DNA of 64,000 nucleotides from a virus. The stretch is from positions 104,738 through 168,737 of the IMG/VR virus record IMGVR_UViG_3300022562_001814; one strand, 5' to 3'. The notes beneath the pieces were generated by a model that was not told the DNA's origin, made no database searches, and saw only the letters and a program-made list of their open reading frames with translations. Numbering within the stretch: the stretch's first letter is position 1; each line of letters starts with the position of its first letter. This document shows, one piece after another, positions 31,903-41,148 of the stretch. Both the position numbers and the translations under genes were made by a program.

Positions 31903-33231
31903 ATGGATGATTTAAATAAAGAAAATAAAACCGAAGAAAATGTATCAGCTGTTGATGTTGATAATGATAAATTAGCACAATTAAAAGCAAAATTAGAAGC
32001 AAAAAAAGAACAAGAGATGCCAAAAAGTAAAATAATTGAGAAAGTACGCTCCATAAATTTTGGAGTTGTTGGTAGTGGACAATGTGGTAGTAGATTAGCA
32101 GAATCATTTTATAAATTGGGATATGATGCTGTTGCTATAAATACTGCACAACAAGATTTAAAATTTATAGATTTGCCAGAAAGTAATAAGCTTTTATTAA
32201 ATTATGGTTTGGGTGGTGCAGCCAAGTCTTTAGAAATTGGTCGTGATGCAGCAGAAACACATAAAGAACAAATTGCAGAATTAGTAAATAATCAATTGGC
32301 TGATTCACAAATTTTTATATTTTGCACAAGTTTGGGTGGTGGTTCTGGAGCCGGATCAACCGAAACTATTATTGATATTTTAGCAAATATTGGTAAGCCT
32401 ATTTTGGTTATTACTGTTTTGCCAATGGATGCTGAAGATGTGCAGGCTAAACACAATGCATTGCAAACTTTAGAAAAATTACTTAAAGAAGTAAAAGCCA
32501 AGCGTATTCATAATTTGGTTTGTGTGGATAATGCAAAAATAGAAACAATTTATCGAGACGTTGGGCAAATGAACTTTTTCCATGTGGCGAATAGTGCAAT
32601 TGTTGATCCGTTAAATGTATTTAATTGTCAAAGCGCAAGACCGAGCCCTTCTAAAAGCCTCGATCCCATGGAATTAAGTAAGCTATTAATTGACGGTGAG
32701 GGATTAACGGTATACGGTACTTTTAATGTTGATAATTATCAAGAAGATACTGCCTTAGCTGAAGCCGTAATCAATAATTTAAATTCTAATTTGCTCGCCG
32801 GAGGATTTGATATTAAACAATCTAAATATGTTGGATTTATGTTATGTGCTTCAAAAGAAGTATGGAATAAAATACCGGCATCTAGTATTAATTATGCAAA
32901 CGCTATGATCGCTGATCAATGTGGTAGTCCATTGGGAATTTTCCGTGGTATTTATGAAATTGATACCAATGAAGATTGTGTTAAAGTATATTCTATGTTT
33001 AGCGGATTAGGGTTACCTACTATGCGCGTAGAACAGTTAACCAAAGAAACAAAAGAACATATGAATGTTGTGAAAAATAAAGATGCACAACGTAATTTAT
33101 CTTTAAATCTTGATTTAGGTAAAGATCAGGTTGTTTCTGACGCGCAAAAAGTAAAAGAAAAAATAGCACAAAAATCTTCTGCATTTGGTAAATTCTTAAA
33201 TCAAAACGTTGTAGATAGAAGAAAATCATAG
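31903..33231 (+). CDS. Tubulin/FtsZ-family GTPase (PhuZ/TubZ/CetZ-like)
   Basis: GSGQCGSRLA, AINTAQQDL, signature loop GGGSGAG, VDN. Start moved to ATG 31903 after GAGGA. Confidence 0.88.
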   Translation: MDDLNKENKTEENVSAVDVDNDKLAQLKAKLEAKKEQEMPKSKIIEKVRSINFGVVGSGQCGSRLAESFYKLGYDAVAINTAQQDLKFIDLPESNKLLLNYGLGGAAKSLEIGRDAAETHKEQIAELVNNQLADSQIFIFCTSLGGGSGAGSTETIIDILANIGKPILVITVLPMDAEDVQAKHNALQTLEKLLKEVKAKRIHNLVCVDNAKIETIYRDVGQMNFFHVANSAIVDPLNVFNCQSARPSPSKSLDPMELSKLLIDGEGLTVYGTFNVDNYQEDTALAEAVINNLNSNLLAGGFDIKQSKYVGFMLCASKEVWNKIPASSINYANAMIADQCGSPLGIFRGIYEIDTNEDCVKVYSMFSGLGLPTMRVEQLTKETKEHMNVVKNKDAQRNLSLNLDLGKDQVVSDAQKVKEKIAQKSSAFGKFLNQNVVDRRKS

Positions 33232-33238
33232 GATCAAA

Positions 33239-33940
33239 ATGTTAGTACGAGTCCCCACTATTAAAACCAATTTCACAGTGAATGATTTTGTAAGAACATT
33301 AATAGGTGCTTGGAATAAATTATATAATAGCTTTCCGAATAAACAGCAAATAGCCGTTTTATATTCTCAATGGGGGGTAGAGACTGGTATTGGCAAATAT
33401 TGCTGGAATAATAATATTTCCAATATCAAGGCTGTTGATACGCCCGGTGTTGTTATTGAATATTGCGTTTTAAATGGTGCTTGGGAAATTATTAATGGTA
33501 AAAAAGTTTTTCTTAAACCAGAAAACCCTGGCTCTTGGTTTCGTTCTTTTCGTAAACTAGAAGATGGTATGGAATTCTATCTTAACTTTTTAAGAAACAA
33601 ACGTTATAAAATTGCCTGGACTGCAGTTGAACAAGGGGATTATCGCTTATTTGCTAAATTATTAAGGCAACAAGGATATTACACAGCATCAGAAGCAGCT
33701 TATGCTAATGCTATGAGTTATCATTTTAATAAATTCATGAAAGATAATATTTTTGAAAATGAACTCTTAATAGCTGTAAATGAAATTAGTTTTCCAAGTG
33801 ATTGGGAACCGGTAAATTTTGATGTCAAAGAGAATGTTTTTACTAAGCCAGATAATCCTGTCTTACCAAATCCACCAGCCCCTAAACAAAGTATTTTTGA
33901 TGTAGCTTTTTCTAAAATAAGAAAGATAATTAATAAATAA
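33239..33940 (+). CDS. GH73/FlgJ-like peptidoglycan hydrolase (putative endolysin)
   Basis: QWGVETG (catalytic Glu), NNISNIKA, FRSF...Y..FL, and GYYTA (YxT motif). Confidence 0.75.
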   Translation: MLVRVPTIKTNFTVNDFVRTLIGAWNKLYNSFPNKQQIAVLYSQWGVETGIGKYCWNNNISNIKAVDTPGVVIEYCVLNGAWEIINGKKVFLKPENPGSWFRSFRKLEDGMEFYLNFLRNKRYKIAWTAVEQGDYRLFAKLLRQQGYYTASEAAYANAMSYHFNKFMKDNIFENELLIAVNEISFPSDWEPVNFDVKENVFTKPDNPVLPNPPAPKQSIFDVAFSKIRKIINK

Positions 33941-34398
33941 TGTTATTTAAAGTAAGTTGTGAAACTCAGGTAATTAAATATATTTCTTTTTGTATTTCTA
34001 ATGAAGATATTATTACCGGTCAAGTGGCAAACAAAATCTCAGATGAGATACAAAAACGTGATATTTTAGATTTAAAACATCTTTCATCATATTGTTATAA
34101 TTGGCAAGATTCCAGAAATTGTGCTATTGAATGTTTTGCAAGTTTTAATCGTAAATATATTGTATTTAAAGAAATACTTTCTAAAAAAAGATTAGAAGAA
34201 ATTAAAAGATATAAAAACCAAGCCGCCGCCATTAATACTTCTAGCGTTTTTGATGGATATTTTTCAACCCCATTATCTACTAATGCTTCTACGGCTTCTA
34301 CAGCTTCTACAGCTTATTATACTTATACCTATACGCTCAGTAACAATTATTTTTCTGACGGCTATTATAATATAATTGGCAATACTATTCGAAGGTAA
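33940..34398 (+). CDS. Hypothetical protein (possible paralogue of 34401..35042)
   Basis: Coupled TAATG start. The N-terminus MLFKV...YISFC resembles MIFKV...YISVC of the next gene. Confidence 0.55.
   Translation: MLFKVSCETQVIKYISFCISNEDIITGQVANKISDEIQKRDILDLKHLSSYCYNWQDSRNCAIECFASFNRKYIVFKEILSKKRLEEIKRYKNQAAAINTSSVFDGYFSTPLSTNASTASTASTAYYTYTYTLSNNYFSDGYYNIIGNTIRR
34285..34314 (+). repeat. 9-bp in-frame tandem repeat (gcttctacR x3, encoding AST)
   Basis: gcttctacg gcttctaca gcttctaca gct. Confidence 0.8.
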
Positions 34399-34400
34399 AA

Positions 34401-35042
34401 ATGATTTTTAAAGTTAATAGCAAGTCAATAGCAATTAAAGATCAAAATACATATATTTCAGTTTGTGCAAATAAATTATACGATCACGATATTACTAATA
34501 TTATTTATAAAAATTTATTTGATAAAAAAATAATTGAAATACCACGTCATATTTTTTCTTGTGAGGTTTTTGCCCAACCCCCATTTGTTATTAAGTGTTA
34601 TTTTTATAAATCTGGAAAAAATAAATCTATTTGTAAATTACACGAATTAACTTCTAAAACATATTCTATATTTAATTCAATTCCTATCGATTCATATGTT
34701 TTACCAAATATTAAAAAAACAATAAGAATCGGTAGTTGGGTAGATGCTTTAGAAGATCCTTGGGATAACTCTTTTTCTACTAATATTAGATTAACATATA
34801 GACCTGTAGATAATAATATATTTGCTAATATGAATCCAAATATAGAAAATGAAATTGTGCAATCTGCTACCGTTAATATAGCTGAAGAAATAGATCAGCA
34901 AATGTTAGATGAGTTAAATTATATAGTTGATGCACCAGTAGAAGTTCAGCCAGAAGTTCAGCCAGAAGTTCAGGAAGTTCAGCCAGAAAATGGAATAACG
35001 CATTTCATTAATTTTCAATTTCCTAGAACTCAACAAATATGA
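34401..35042 (+). CDS. Hypothetical protein
   Basis: 213-aa ORF with an ATGA overlap into the helicase gene. Confidence 0.6.
   Translation: MIFKVNSKSIAIKDQNTYISVCANKLYDHDITNIIYKNLFDKKIIEIPRHIFSCEVFAQPPFVIKCYFYKSGKNKSICKLHELTSKTYSIFNSIPIDSYVLPNIKKTIRIGSWVDALEDPWDNSFSTNIRLTYRPVDNNIFANMNPNIENEIVQSATVNIAEEIDQQMLDELNYIVDAPVEVQPEVQPEVQEVQPENGITHFINFQFPRTQQI
34941..34985 (+). repeat. 12-bp in-frame tandem repeat gaagttcagcca (EVQP), four units, one truncated
   Basis: Seen directly. Confidence 0.85.
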
Positions 35043-36502
35043 ATCAATTAATTATACAAAATAATAAAATTTGTAATATTAAATTGCCGGATAATCCCGA
35101 ATGTTTAATTGAATTAAAACATTTGCTCTCGTTTAAAATGATTGGGGTAGAATATACGCAGGCTTTTAAAAACGGATGGGATGGATTTACTTATCTTTTA
35201 GATAAAAAGGGTAATTTTCCATTAGGTCTTTTATCAAAAGTAAAAGATTTTCTAACTGATAGAAATATTAATTTTACTATTATAGATAAAAGAGTTAAAT
35301 TACAAATTAATCCAGAAATAGATATTTCTCAAAATTTAAAATTAATTAATAAGGAACCGAGAGATTATCAACAGGCTATAGTTGATGCGGCTGTTGTAAA
35401 TCAAAAAGGTATTATTAGAGCATGTACCGGTTCAGGAAAGACGCTCGCGGCCGCCCTAATAACCGCAAAATTAAATAAACCGACTATTATTTACGTTATC
35501 GGGCTAGATTTACTTCAACAATTTCATCAAACATTTTCTGAAATCTTTAAACAACCAATTGGATTTATTGGAAATGGTGTATGTGATATTCAAAATATTA
35601 ATATCGTAAGTATTTGGACAGTAGGTAAAGCTTTAGATATTAAATTTAAAATGTTTGATGAAGATGAAATAGAAAAAGAAAAATTCGATATTGTTAATAA
35701 ATTTAAAATTCAACAACTACTTAAAAAAACCGAATTACATATATTTGATGAATGCCATATTGCCGCTTGTGATACTATAAAAGAAATTTATAAACATATA
35801 GATCCTATACATATTTATGGTATGAGCGGTACTCCTTACAGAGATGATGGTTCGGATTTACTAATTAATGGTATGCTTGGAGAACAAATTATAAATGTTA
35901 CTGCATCAGATTTAATTGAAAGAAAAATACTCTCTCAACCAATTATTAAATTTATAAATGTTCCAGCAATTCCGGTATATTCTAGAACTTATGCAGAGGT
36001 GTATAATGAATACATTGTTGAAAATGATGTAAGAAATCATTTAATTATACAAGAGTCTAAAAATTTGCTTGAAAAAGGTTATCAAGTTTTAGTATTATTT
36101 AGACATATTAAACATGGTAAAAATTTATATAAATTATTTAAAGAAAATAAAATAAAATGTGAAATATTGCATGGGGCACACGATTTAGAATATCGTACAG
36201 AAATTAAAAATCGACTTTTAGCAAAAGATATAGATTTAATTTTAGCATCTACTGTATATGATATTGGTATTGATATAGGCAGCTTGAATGGTTTAGTGTT
36301 AGCTGGTAGTGGCAAAAGTAGTATTAAAGCACTTCAACGTATAGGTCGGGTCATTCGAGGTTATCCTGGTAAAAATTTTTCAGCAATTGTAGATTTTGTA
36401 GATAATGTGAGATTTCTTAAAAAACATTCAGAAGCTAGATATAAAGTATATGCTTCAGAAAAAGGTTTCATAGTCAAATGGCCAAAACAAAGTTACATGT
36501 AG
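35039..36502 (+). CDS. Superfamily 2 DNA helicase (UvsW/SSL2-like)
   Basis: PRDYQ, TGSGKT, DECH, SGTP and QRIGRVIR motifs. Confidence 0.92.
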   Translation: MNQLIIQNNKICNIKLPDNPECLIELKHLLSFKMIGVEYTQAFKNGWDGFTYLLDKKGNFPLGLLSKVKDFLTDRNINFTIIDKRVKLQINPEIDISQNLKLINKEPRDYQQAIVDAAVVNQKGIIRACTGSGKTLAAALITAKLNKPTIIYVIGLDLLQQFHQTFSEIFKQPIGFIGNGVCDIQNINIVSIWTVGKALDIKFKMFDEDEIEKEKFDIVNKFKIQQLLKKTELHIFDECHIAACDTIKEIYKHIDPIHIYGMSGTPYRDDGSDLLINGMLGEQIINVTASDLIERKILSQPIIKFINVPAIPVYSRTYAEVYNEYIVENDVRNHLIIQESKNLLEKGYQVLVLFRHIKHGKNLYKLFKENKIKCEILHGAHDLEYRTEIKNRLLAKDIDLILASTVYDIGIDIGSLNGLVLAGSGKSSIKALQRIGRVIRGYPGKNFSAIVDFVDNVRFLKKHSEARYKVYASEKGFIVKWPKQSYM

Positions 36503-37065
36503 ATAAAGATCCTCTTTTAACTGACAATGTTTCCGAACATTATAAAAAATTTTTTAATAAATTTGAAGAAATAAATAGTTTACCGATAACAGAATGGAAA
36601 GTTGTTCATTTACTCGGTTATTTATGTGCTAAATACGAAGCATATTATAATTTAAAATATTCTTTTAAATTTAACAATCCAGCTCCATCAAAATCATATG
36701 AAGTGTATCAGATTAAAAAATTATCTAATATGCTTAGTTCTGATCCCACAATATTAAAACAATATTTGGACTGGGTATTCGATAAAAAAATTATAGAAAA
36801 AAATAAAAGAATCACTTCATTAGGGTATTTTACCCATTTAGATATAATAAATGAATTTAAATTTAAATTTTTATTTAACAAAAAAACAATTATTAGAACT
36901 GATAATCTACCAGATTCGATTATTAATATATGTTCTAAATATGGAGTTAGTATATCAAATTACGCGGAGTTAGCTTTCGTAAAAAAAATGCCAGACAAAT
37001 CGGATTTAATTAATGAAATTAAAGATACTGGATTTGATTTAAATATTTTGGATAAAATAGCATGA
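36478..37065 (+). CDS. Hypothetical protein in the replication module
   Basis: 195-aa ORF overlapping both neighbours. Confidence 0.6.
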   Translation: MAKTKLHVDKDPLLTDNVSEHYKKFFNKFEEINSLPITEWKVVHLLGYLCAKYEAYYNLKYSFKFNNPAPSKSYEVYQIKKLSNMLSSDPTILKQYLDWVFDKKIIEKNKRITSLGYFTHLDIINEFKFKFLFNKKTIIRTDNLPDSIINICSKYGVSISNYAELAFVKKMPDKSDLINEIKDTGFDLNILDKIA

Positions 37066-37577
37066 ACCCCGAAAAAGGACAAAAAGTACAAGTTAGATTT
37101 AATAATGGTATTTATTTTGATGCCATAGTAGAAGAGTGGACTGACAATAAATCCAAATTAATTCTTATGGACGGAGAACAGGTAATTATTCAAAAAACTT
37201 TACAAGATGTTTTGTTAGTAAAAATTATTGAACAAACCAAAACCACTTTAGATTCTGAAGTAAAAAGTGAGATAAAACCAAAATTAGATAAACCAGTTTT
37301 AATAGATAAATTAGAAAAAATTAGAAATAATCTTAAAGACGAATTGGCTCTTAAAGAAATGGCAGAACTCAAAGATGAATTAAATAAAATAGAAAGACAA
37401 GAAACATTTAATTCAATGGATAAATTTAAAGATACTGGATTGAAAGAAGTACATTATGCTTTCCCAAGAAATATACAGATCGACAGCCCTACACAATATT
37501 CCAAGCAAAAAATTACACCAACAAATTCTGAATTTGATTCAGAGCTGCAAAGTTTGTTCAAGCAAAAACATAAATAA
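37062..37577 (+). CDS. Hypothetical protein
   Basis: 171 aa with an ATGA-coupled start, a small beta-rich N-terminus and a coiled-coil-like region. Confidence 0.55.
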   Translation: MNPEKGQKVQVRFNNGIYFDAIVEEWTDNKSKLILMDGEQVIIQKTLQDVLLVKIIEQTKTTLDSEVKSEIKPKLDKPVLIDKLEKIRNNLKDELALKEMAELKDELNKIERQETFNSMDKFKDTGLKEVHYAFPRNIQIDSPTQYSKQKITPTNSEFDSELQSLFKQKHK

Positions 37578-38313
37578 TATAAAAGATGTGCCTAATAATG
37601 GATTATGTTCTTATTGTTCGATAAAAATATCATTATTTCATGAATACTATAATGCTAATATTCCTGTTAATTATTGGAATTTGAAAATGCCAATAAATCT
37701 TGCGTTAGAAAAATTAGATAATAAATCTCAACGTATTTTGGCAATAGAAACAATTAGAAAAATATCTAAACTACCAAATTATGAGCCTATAGAATCATTG
37801 CTTAATCATAAGTTAATGGAAATTGATAAAATTTATGTAGAAAGTATTGGTAACGTGAAAAATTCATATAATAATGGTTTATCATATTGTTTGGCCGGAC
37901 CTCATGGTACTGGAAAAACACTGTCTGTTACAAGTATTTTAAAAAGCATTATACAGCAGAAATTTACAGGATTATATACCACGCTAAGTGATGTTGTAAA
38001 TGTTTTAACCACCGCTACAAGTGAAGATAAATTTTTAGCTAGAAAAGAATTGTTGGAAATTGATTTTCTTATTATAGATGAATTCGATTCTAGATTTATC
38101 GGCACAGAGAACGCAGCCGATTTATTTGGAAGGACTCTTGAAAATATTTTAAGAACTAGATTGCAAAATAAATTACCAATCATTCTTGTAAGCAATAGTC
38201 CAAATCCCATTGAAACATTTCATGGTCCTCTAAAACAAAGTTTAGAAAGTTTGATGAACCAGGTGCCTTTAAAAGTTGTTATAGGACAAGACTATCGAAA
38301 ACAATTGGTTTAA
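37456..38313 (+). CDS. DnaC/IstB-like AAA+ helicase loader
   Basis: CxxC...CxxC, Walker A GPHGTGKT, Walker B LIIDEFD, and R...LPIILVSN. Adjacent to dnaB. Confidence 0.85.
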   Translation: MLSQEIYRSTALHNIPSKKLHQQILNLIQSCKVCSSKNINNIKDVPNNGLCSYCSIKISLFHEYYNANIPVNYWNLKMPINLALEKLDNKSQRILAIETIRKISKLPNYEPIESLLNHKLMEIDKIYVESIGNVKNSYNNGLSYCLAGPHGTGKTLSVTSILKSIIQQKFTGLYTTLSDVVNVLTTATSEDKFLARKELLEIDFLIIDEFDSRFIGTENAADLFGRTLENILRTRLQNKLPIILVSNSPNPIETFHGPLKQSLESLMNQVPLKVVIGQDYRKQLV

Positions 38314-38369
38314 ACCAAAGTTGTCTATATTAAAATTATCCTTATTATAATGATACGCGGGAAGAATAT

Positions 38370-39758
38370 ATGACTTATCAAGAATTAGATTTAATAATAC
38401 TTAAACATATTTTATTTAATAAAAAAAATGCTTTAGAATTCATTCATGATTGTAATGAAAAAATTTTTGTTCCAGATATTTGGAGATTTGCTAAAATTAT
38501 TCTTGATTATGTTCGCATTTATAAAGAAATTCCCACCAGAAAAGTAATTAATGAAAGAAATAAAAAAAATGAAACTTTAATTAATTATATTAATCAGATT
38601 TGGGATGATTTAGATAAAATAAATATAGATGAAAAAGAATATAAACACGATTTAGAAAAAATTAAAAACAGGTTTGTAGAAAAATTAATTTATGATTTAA
38701 GAGAGCATTTAGTTGAAGAAGACGGTAGGGTTAACTTAACGAAAAGTATTAGTGAATTAAATTCTACAGTAAATCATATTAAAGGTATTAATCAAATTAA
38801 AGCCTATGAACAAAAAACTTTAAAAGAATCTTTGGAAGATTTTAAAAATAGATACGTGGCTAAGATGCATGATCCTAATTTAGGCGTCGGGCTTAAAACA
38901 GGATATGGGTTTCTTGATTTTGTTATGGGCGGACTCAGAAAACAAGAGCTTTTACTTATTGGTGCTGAAACGGGGATTGGTAAAAGCCTTTTAATGATGA
39001 ACATAGGTCTCAATATGTGGTTAGGAGAAAATGAATTAACTACTACAGAAGATTTTAAGCCAGGATGTGATATTTTATATTTTTCATTAGAAATGCCTCA
39101 TGCTGATATGTTAGAAAGAGTATTAGCTTGTATTGCTAAGGTACCACAAACCGCAATTCGTGATGCTACTTTAACTAAAGAACAAGCACAACAATTAAAA
39201 GAAGCCTTGCAATTTATTGATAAATATCCACACGATTTTACAATAGTAGACATTCCACGGGGAGCTACTATGGAAAGTATCGAATTAATATTTAATGATA
39301 TTGTGGCAACCAAAAATAAAAAACCACAAGTTATAATAATTGATTATTTAGCACTATTATCACATGATCAAAAGGACGTTGCCGATTGGTTACAATTAAA
39401 TTATTTAAGTGAAGCTTTTCACGAAATGATCAGAACACACGATGTTGCTGGCATAACAGCTACTCAATTAAATAGACCGGCAGCCAATAAAGGTGGTTCA
39501 GACCAAACCGGTCTTCATAGATTGAGCCGTTCAGCTTTGCAGGCAGCAAATTCTAATTTTGTACTCTTAATTGATAAACGTCCAAATGAACAAGAATTGC
39601 CAAATATGCAGTTACATTTAGTAAAATCAAGACGTACGCCACTTGTAAGTGGTACGATTTATAAACAGCTTTCCTGTTGCGCATTGCTTAATAGTCCTAC
39701 GGAAGAACATATGGAAAGTTGTGTTGATATATCTGAATCAGAAGTAGAAAATTTATAG
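38370..39758 (+). CDS. dnaB: Replicative DNA helicase DnaB
   Basis: TGYGFLD..GG, GAETGIGKS, YFSLEM, IIDYL, TQLNR and KSR motifs. Confidence 0.92.
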   Translation: MTYQELDLIILKHILFNKKNALEFIHDCNEKIFVPDIWRFAKIILDYVRIYKEIPTRKVINERNKKNETLINYINQIWDDLDKINIDEKEYKHDLEKIKNRFVEKLIYDLREHLVEEDGRVNLTKSISELNSTVNHIKGINQIKAYEQKTLKESLEDFKNRYVAKMHDPNLGVGLKTGYGFLDFVMGGLRKQELLLIGAETGIGKSLLMMNIGLNMWLGENELTTTEDFKPGCDILYFSLEMPHADMLERVLACIAKVPQTAIRDATLTKEQAQQLKEALQFIDKYPHDFTIVDIPRGATMESIELIFNDIVATKNKKPQVIIIDYLALLSHDQKDVADWLQLNYLSEAFHEMIRTHDVAGITATQLNRPAANKGGSDQTGLHRLSRSALQAANSNFVLLIDKRPNEQELPNMQLHLVKSRRTPLVSGTIYKQLSCCALLNSPTEEHMESCVDISESEVENL

Positions 39759-39933
39759 AAGAAAAGGTTTTGAAAAATTAGCATAACTTATCCAAAACAA
39801 TAATGAGATAAAAGTGGTAGTAAATAAATATAGTGAAGTTTATGGTAATGGTTTTATAGTTTAATTAGATTGTGGCAATGAGGTTGCTTCTATCCTCAAG
39901 AATACCAAATAGATTATGTAATTAGAGCGGTAT

Positions 39934-40110
39934 ATGTCGGTTTTACAAGATAAACAATGTATTGATTGCAAAGAGATTAAAACTTTGAGTGATTTTGAAT
40001 TGCGTCAGGAATTTAGGGATTGTTGGGCGCTGTCTAATTTACGGCCTTATTCTGCAAAACAAAATCAACTTGACGGTGCAACAAAATTAAGACATAAAAA
40101 GGGAAAATAA
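39934..40110 (+). pseudogene. Internally deleted mini-copy of the HNH family (58 aa, in frame)
   Basis: Hand translation: MSVLQDKQCIDCKEIKTLSDFELRQEFRDCWALSNLRPYSAKQNQLDGATKLRHKKGK. This joins the family N-terminus to its C-terminus and lacks IDHIIP. Confidence 0.8.
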
Positions 40111-40418
40111 TGCCATCATATGAGTATTTGTGTGAAGTTGTAAATGAAGAATTTGAGGCGGAACACTCAATTAAAATTGTTTTAGATGAATGTTTGCTTT
40201 GCAAAACGGCAGGTCGCTCCCCACATGTGCCTAAACGTTTGATCTCGGGCGGTTCGGGTAAAGGGATCGTAGAGAAATCTTTTAATGAAATGAAAGAATC
40301 ATTCGCTAGCGATGTAGCAAAAATGAGAAAAGATGTCCTTGGTTCGGAAAAAAAATTGGCGAACGTCATAGGAGAGTCCAAATATCATAATAACGAATTA
40401 TCTAGAACAAGAAGATGA
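40110..40418 (+). CDS. FmdB-like zinc-ribbon protein
   Basis: MPSYEYLC...FE...CLLC...KRLIS; the second Cys of the first pair is missing. Confidence 0.7.
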   Translation: MPSYEYLCEVVNEEFEAEHSIKIVLDECLLCKTAGRSPHVPKRLISGGSGKGIVEKSFNEMKESFASDVAKMRKDVLGSEKKLANVIGESKYHNNELSRTRR

Positions 40419-40427
40419 GAGGAAGAT

Positions 40428-40655
40428 ATGTCAAATCAAAATTCACAAGATCAACTTATTAATTTTGCCGTGAAAGAATTACATAAAGTGCTTAATGATC
40501 TTAAGCAAGGTAAAGAGCCAAACATGTCTCCTGCCATCCAAAAACTTTCTTTAGAATTAGAAACAGCAAAAGAAAAAAAAGCAAAAATGTCCGAATCAGA
40601 AATTAAAGAATGGGCGGAACGTATTGTTAAAGAAGTTTCTAATTTAGGAGAATAA
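40428..40655 (+). CDS. Hypothetical protein
   Basis: 75 aa with a GAGGA ribosome-binding site. Confidence 0.6.
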   Translation: MSNQNSQDQLINFAVKELHKVLNDLKQGKEPNMSPAIQKLSLELETAKEKKAKMSESEIKEWAERIVKEVSNLGE

Positions 40656-40763
40656 AATGAATATTAATTTATCTGAAAATATTATTTTATTATTAAATAA
40701 TATTAAACATAAAACAATTCATTCTAAACAAAAAGATTTATGTAATATAAAAGTATGTCAAGT

Positions 40764-40949
40764 ATGGATATTTTAAAAAATGGAATTAATATTACTGATT
40801 CACCTTACGAATTAGCCGGATGATTAGCATCAAGAAAATGGGAACATTTATATTTTGATGAAAACAGTCAAAGTTGGGTAGTTATACCTTTGGGTAGTTA
40901 TACTATTACGAAAATAACAGAAGAACAGGTCAATGAATTATTAAAATAA
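40764..40949 (+). pseudogene. Small ORF interrupted by one in-frame TGA
   Basis: MDILKNGINITDSPYELAG*LASRKWEHLYFDENSQSW...EQVNELLK, with TGA at 40821-40823. Contains a 14-bp direct repeat at 40874-40887 and 40890-40903. Confidence 0.45.
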
Positions 40950-40959
40950 GAGATATAAA

Positions 40960-41148
40960 ATGCCACTATACGAATATATGTGTCCAAAACATAATGAATT
41001 TGAAGTTCAACAATCTATTAAAGACGACCCTCTAGAATTTTGTCCTCAATGTAAAGAAGAAGGAGCAGACACTCCAGTTAAAAAATTAATTTCACAATCT
41101 TCTTTCGTCTTAATGGGTGGCGGTTGGGCTGCTGATAATTATAAATGA
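40960..41148 (+). CDS. FmdB-family zinc-ribbon protein
   Basis: MPLYEYMCPKH..FEVQQSIKDDPLEFCPQC...KKLISQSSFVLMGGGWAADNY. Confidence 0.88.
   Translation: MPLYEYMCPKHNEFEVQQSIKDDPLEFCPQCKEEGADTPVKKLISQSSFVLMGGGWAADNYK

Noticed and set aside
31903-33231. Host cell-division ftsZ, indicating a bacterial chromosome
   Set aside because: No dcw-cluster neighbours are present, the protein lacks the canonical FtsZ NxDFAD T7 loop and C-terminal peptide, and the context is viral.
38305-38351. Palindrome TTGGTTTAAACCAA and a TTGTCT...TATAAT promoter before dnaB
   Set aside because: The spacer to TATAAT is 19 nt and the palindrome overlaps a stop codon in AT-rich DNA. The evidence is too weak to call.
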